NCBI GenBank assembly: GCA_046538485.1
Contig: JBKHIT010000050.1
Location: 1 to 37,878 of the forward strand
Direction: 5' to 3'
Source of the DNA: Candidatus Brocadiia bacterium
GTDB taxonomy: Bacteria; Planctomycetota; Brocadiia; SM23-32
Length of the DNA: 37,878 bases
The position numbers were made by a program, and so were the translations under genes. Positions 36,807-37,878 of this stretch are shown in pieces. The notes below the pieces were generated by a model. It did no database searches, was not told where the DNA came from, and worked only from the letters and a program-made list of their open reading frames with translations. Positions within the stretch are counted from its first letter, which is position 1. Every line of letters begins with the position of its first letter.

Positions 36807-36851
36807 TCCGGGTCTTACGACCCGGCCCCCAGGCTGGAGAGCCTGTGCTAC
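36807..36851 (-). repeat. REP family B (GTAG guide), copy 3
   Basis: Plus strand TCCGGGTCTTACGACCCGGCCCCCAGGCTGGAGAGCCTGTGCTAC. Confidence 0.8.
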
Positions 36852-36949
36852 AGGTGTTTCTTGGAAGCCACCGTCTTGCTGGCAGGGGATGCTTGTAACC
36901 CAATATGGCACCGTATGAAACGCCTATATCCTCCGCCCATCATTCCTCT

Positions 36950-37876
36950 CTACGGGTACCCGAACTTACGCCTGTCGCTGGAATTGCTCACATTAACCGG
37001 ATTACTCCCCCACCAACCTCCGCCAAAATCCGCGTTGTTGGTGCTGATATACTGGAGTTCCCTCACGCCGAGCGGATAACATCCTTCCCACCAGTAGCCG
37101 GTCCTGTTGTTGCAAACCCCCATTCGGACGGCGATGTAATCCTTCGGCATATAGATTGCACCGCCATATTCGGCCGTGTACACGTAACAGGCCTCGTTGA
37201 CAAACCCTTCGCACGCCCCGTCGGGCGACGTAATATTCCCGCCGTCCGGATGATTGGTCATATCGACAAGGAAAGCCAGCTTTTTCCCGTCATAACGCCG
37301 CATCAATGACAGACGCGGGAACGCCACGGGATATGGCCCATAGCCGTCCCAACCTCCACAATTCGGATCCGTGCGATACTGATGCGCACCAAAACCAGCG
37401 AGAAAATAGTCAACGTGAGCCCGGTAGCCATCGCTGAATTTGAGCCGGGAGGAAGGGCAGTGAAAAATCGTGCCATCGTCCCGCAATCTCTGGTTGTCCC
37501 ACCCGTTCATCTTCTGAACCCGCACGCCGCCGTAATCAACCAGAAAATTGCCGATCCCACCGACGTGATTGTTATAGATCGACGAACCCACGCCCCACGG
37601 ATACGTCGGATGAGAAGTCTGGTGCCCCCGGAAAGGGTACCGGGAGAACCCCGCATTGCCGCAACGTTCGGGGAGACAGTCTCCGAAATCGGTCGCGTAA
37701 AGCGCCGCATTAATGTAAATCTGGTGCTGGTTTGAAGAACAATACGCCTGCCGGGCTGCCTCTCGAGCGCTCTCAAGAGCCGGCATCAACATAGCCGCCA
37801 GAATGGCAATGATGGCTATCACGACAAGCAGTTCTATTAGAGTGAAGCCTCTCCGCCAGAGGCGCATCGGCTTCAC
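36950..37876 (-). CDS. Prepilin-type N-terminal cleavage/methylation domain protein (DUF1559/H-X9-DG-like)
   Basis: [64 protein letters not shown]. Start is at the window edge (GTG 37876 or ATG 37867). Confidence 0.9.
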   Translation of the reverse strand: MKPMRLWRRGFTLIELLVVIAIIAILAAMLMPALESAREAARQAYCSSNQHQIYINAALYATDFGDCLPERCGNAGFSRYPFRGHQTSHPTYPWGVGSSIYNNHVGGIGNFLVDYGGVRVQKMNGWDNQRLRDDGTIFHCPSSRLKFSDGYRAHVDYFLAGFGAHQYRTDPNCGGWDGYGPYPVAFPRLSLMRRYDGKKLAFLVDMTNHPDGGNITSPDGACEGFVNEACYVYTAEYGGAIYMPKDYIAVRMGVCNNRTGYWWEGCYPLGVRELQYISTNNADFGGGWWGSNPVNVSNSSDRRKFGYP

Positions 37877-37878
37877 CC

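Noticed and set aside
1903..36851. Recurrent 30-40-bp palindromic repeats as a CRISPR array
   Set aside because: Copies are dispersed kilobases apart with no regular repeat-spacer period and no cas genes.

Overview
This is a bacterial accessory region for carbohydrate use, probably from a PVC-superphylum (Planctomycetota/Lentisphaerae-like) organism, inferred from two prepilin-type [18 protein letters not shown]9/10-DG proteins and GntR-LacI hybrid regulators. Intact genes encode a sulfatase, an FAD oxidoreductase, a GH33-type sialidase, a right-handed beta-helix protein, an MFS transporter, a heparinase II/III-like protein and a large secreted putative glycoside hydrolase. There are three deletion-eroded pseudogenes (URO-D-like, sulfatase, GH65-like). 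An apparently lower-GC block (about 8.3-15 kb) encodes a PilH/PilI/PilG-like ABC system and an SBP-GAF-PAS sensor with no output domain. The best candidate for an undescribed system is the operon at 15013-23804: a perfect sigma70 promoter, a GntR/LacI regulator, a pilin-like protein, and two ~1,100-aa secreted paralogues whose PHP (CehA/McbA-like) domain appears to have lost its metal-binding histidines. Intergenic DNA is packed with several REP/REPIN-like families, a TA-flanked MITE, a ~265-bp structured direct repeat bracketing ~22 kb, and 7- and 9-mer tandem repeats. No transposase, CRISPR, rRNA or tRNA was seen. All family assignments come from motif recognition by eye, not database searches.
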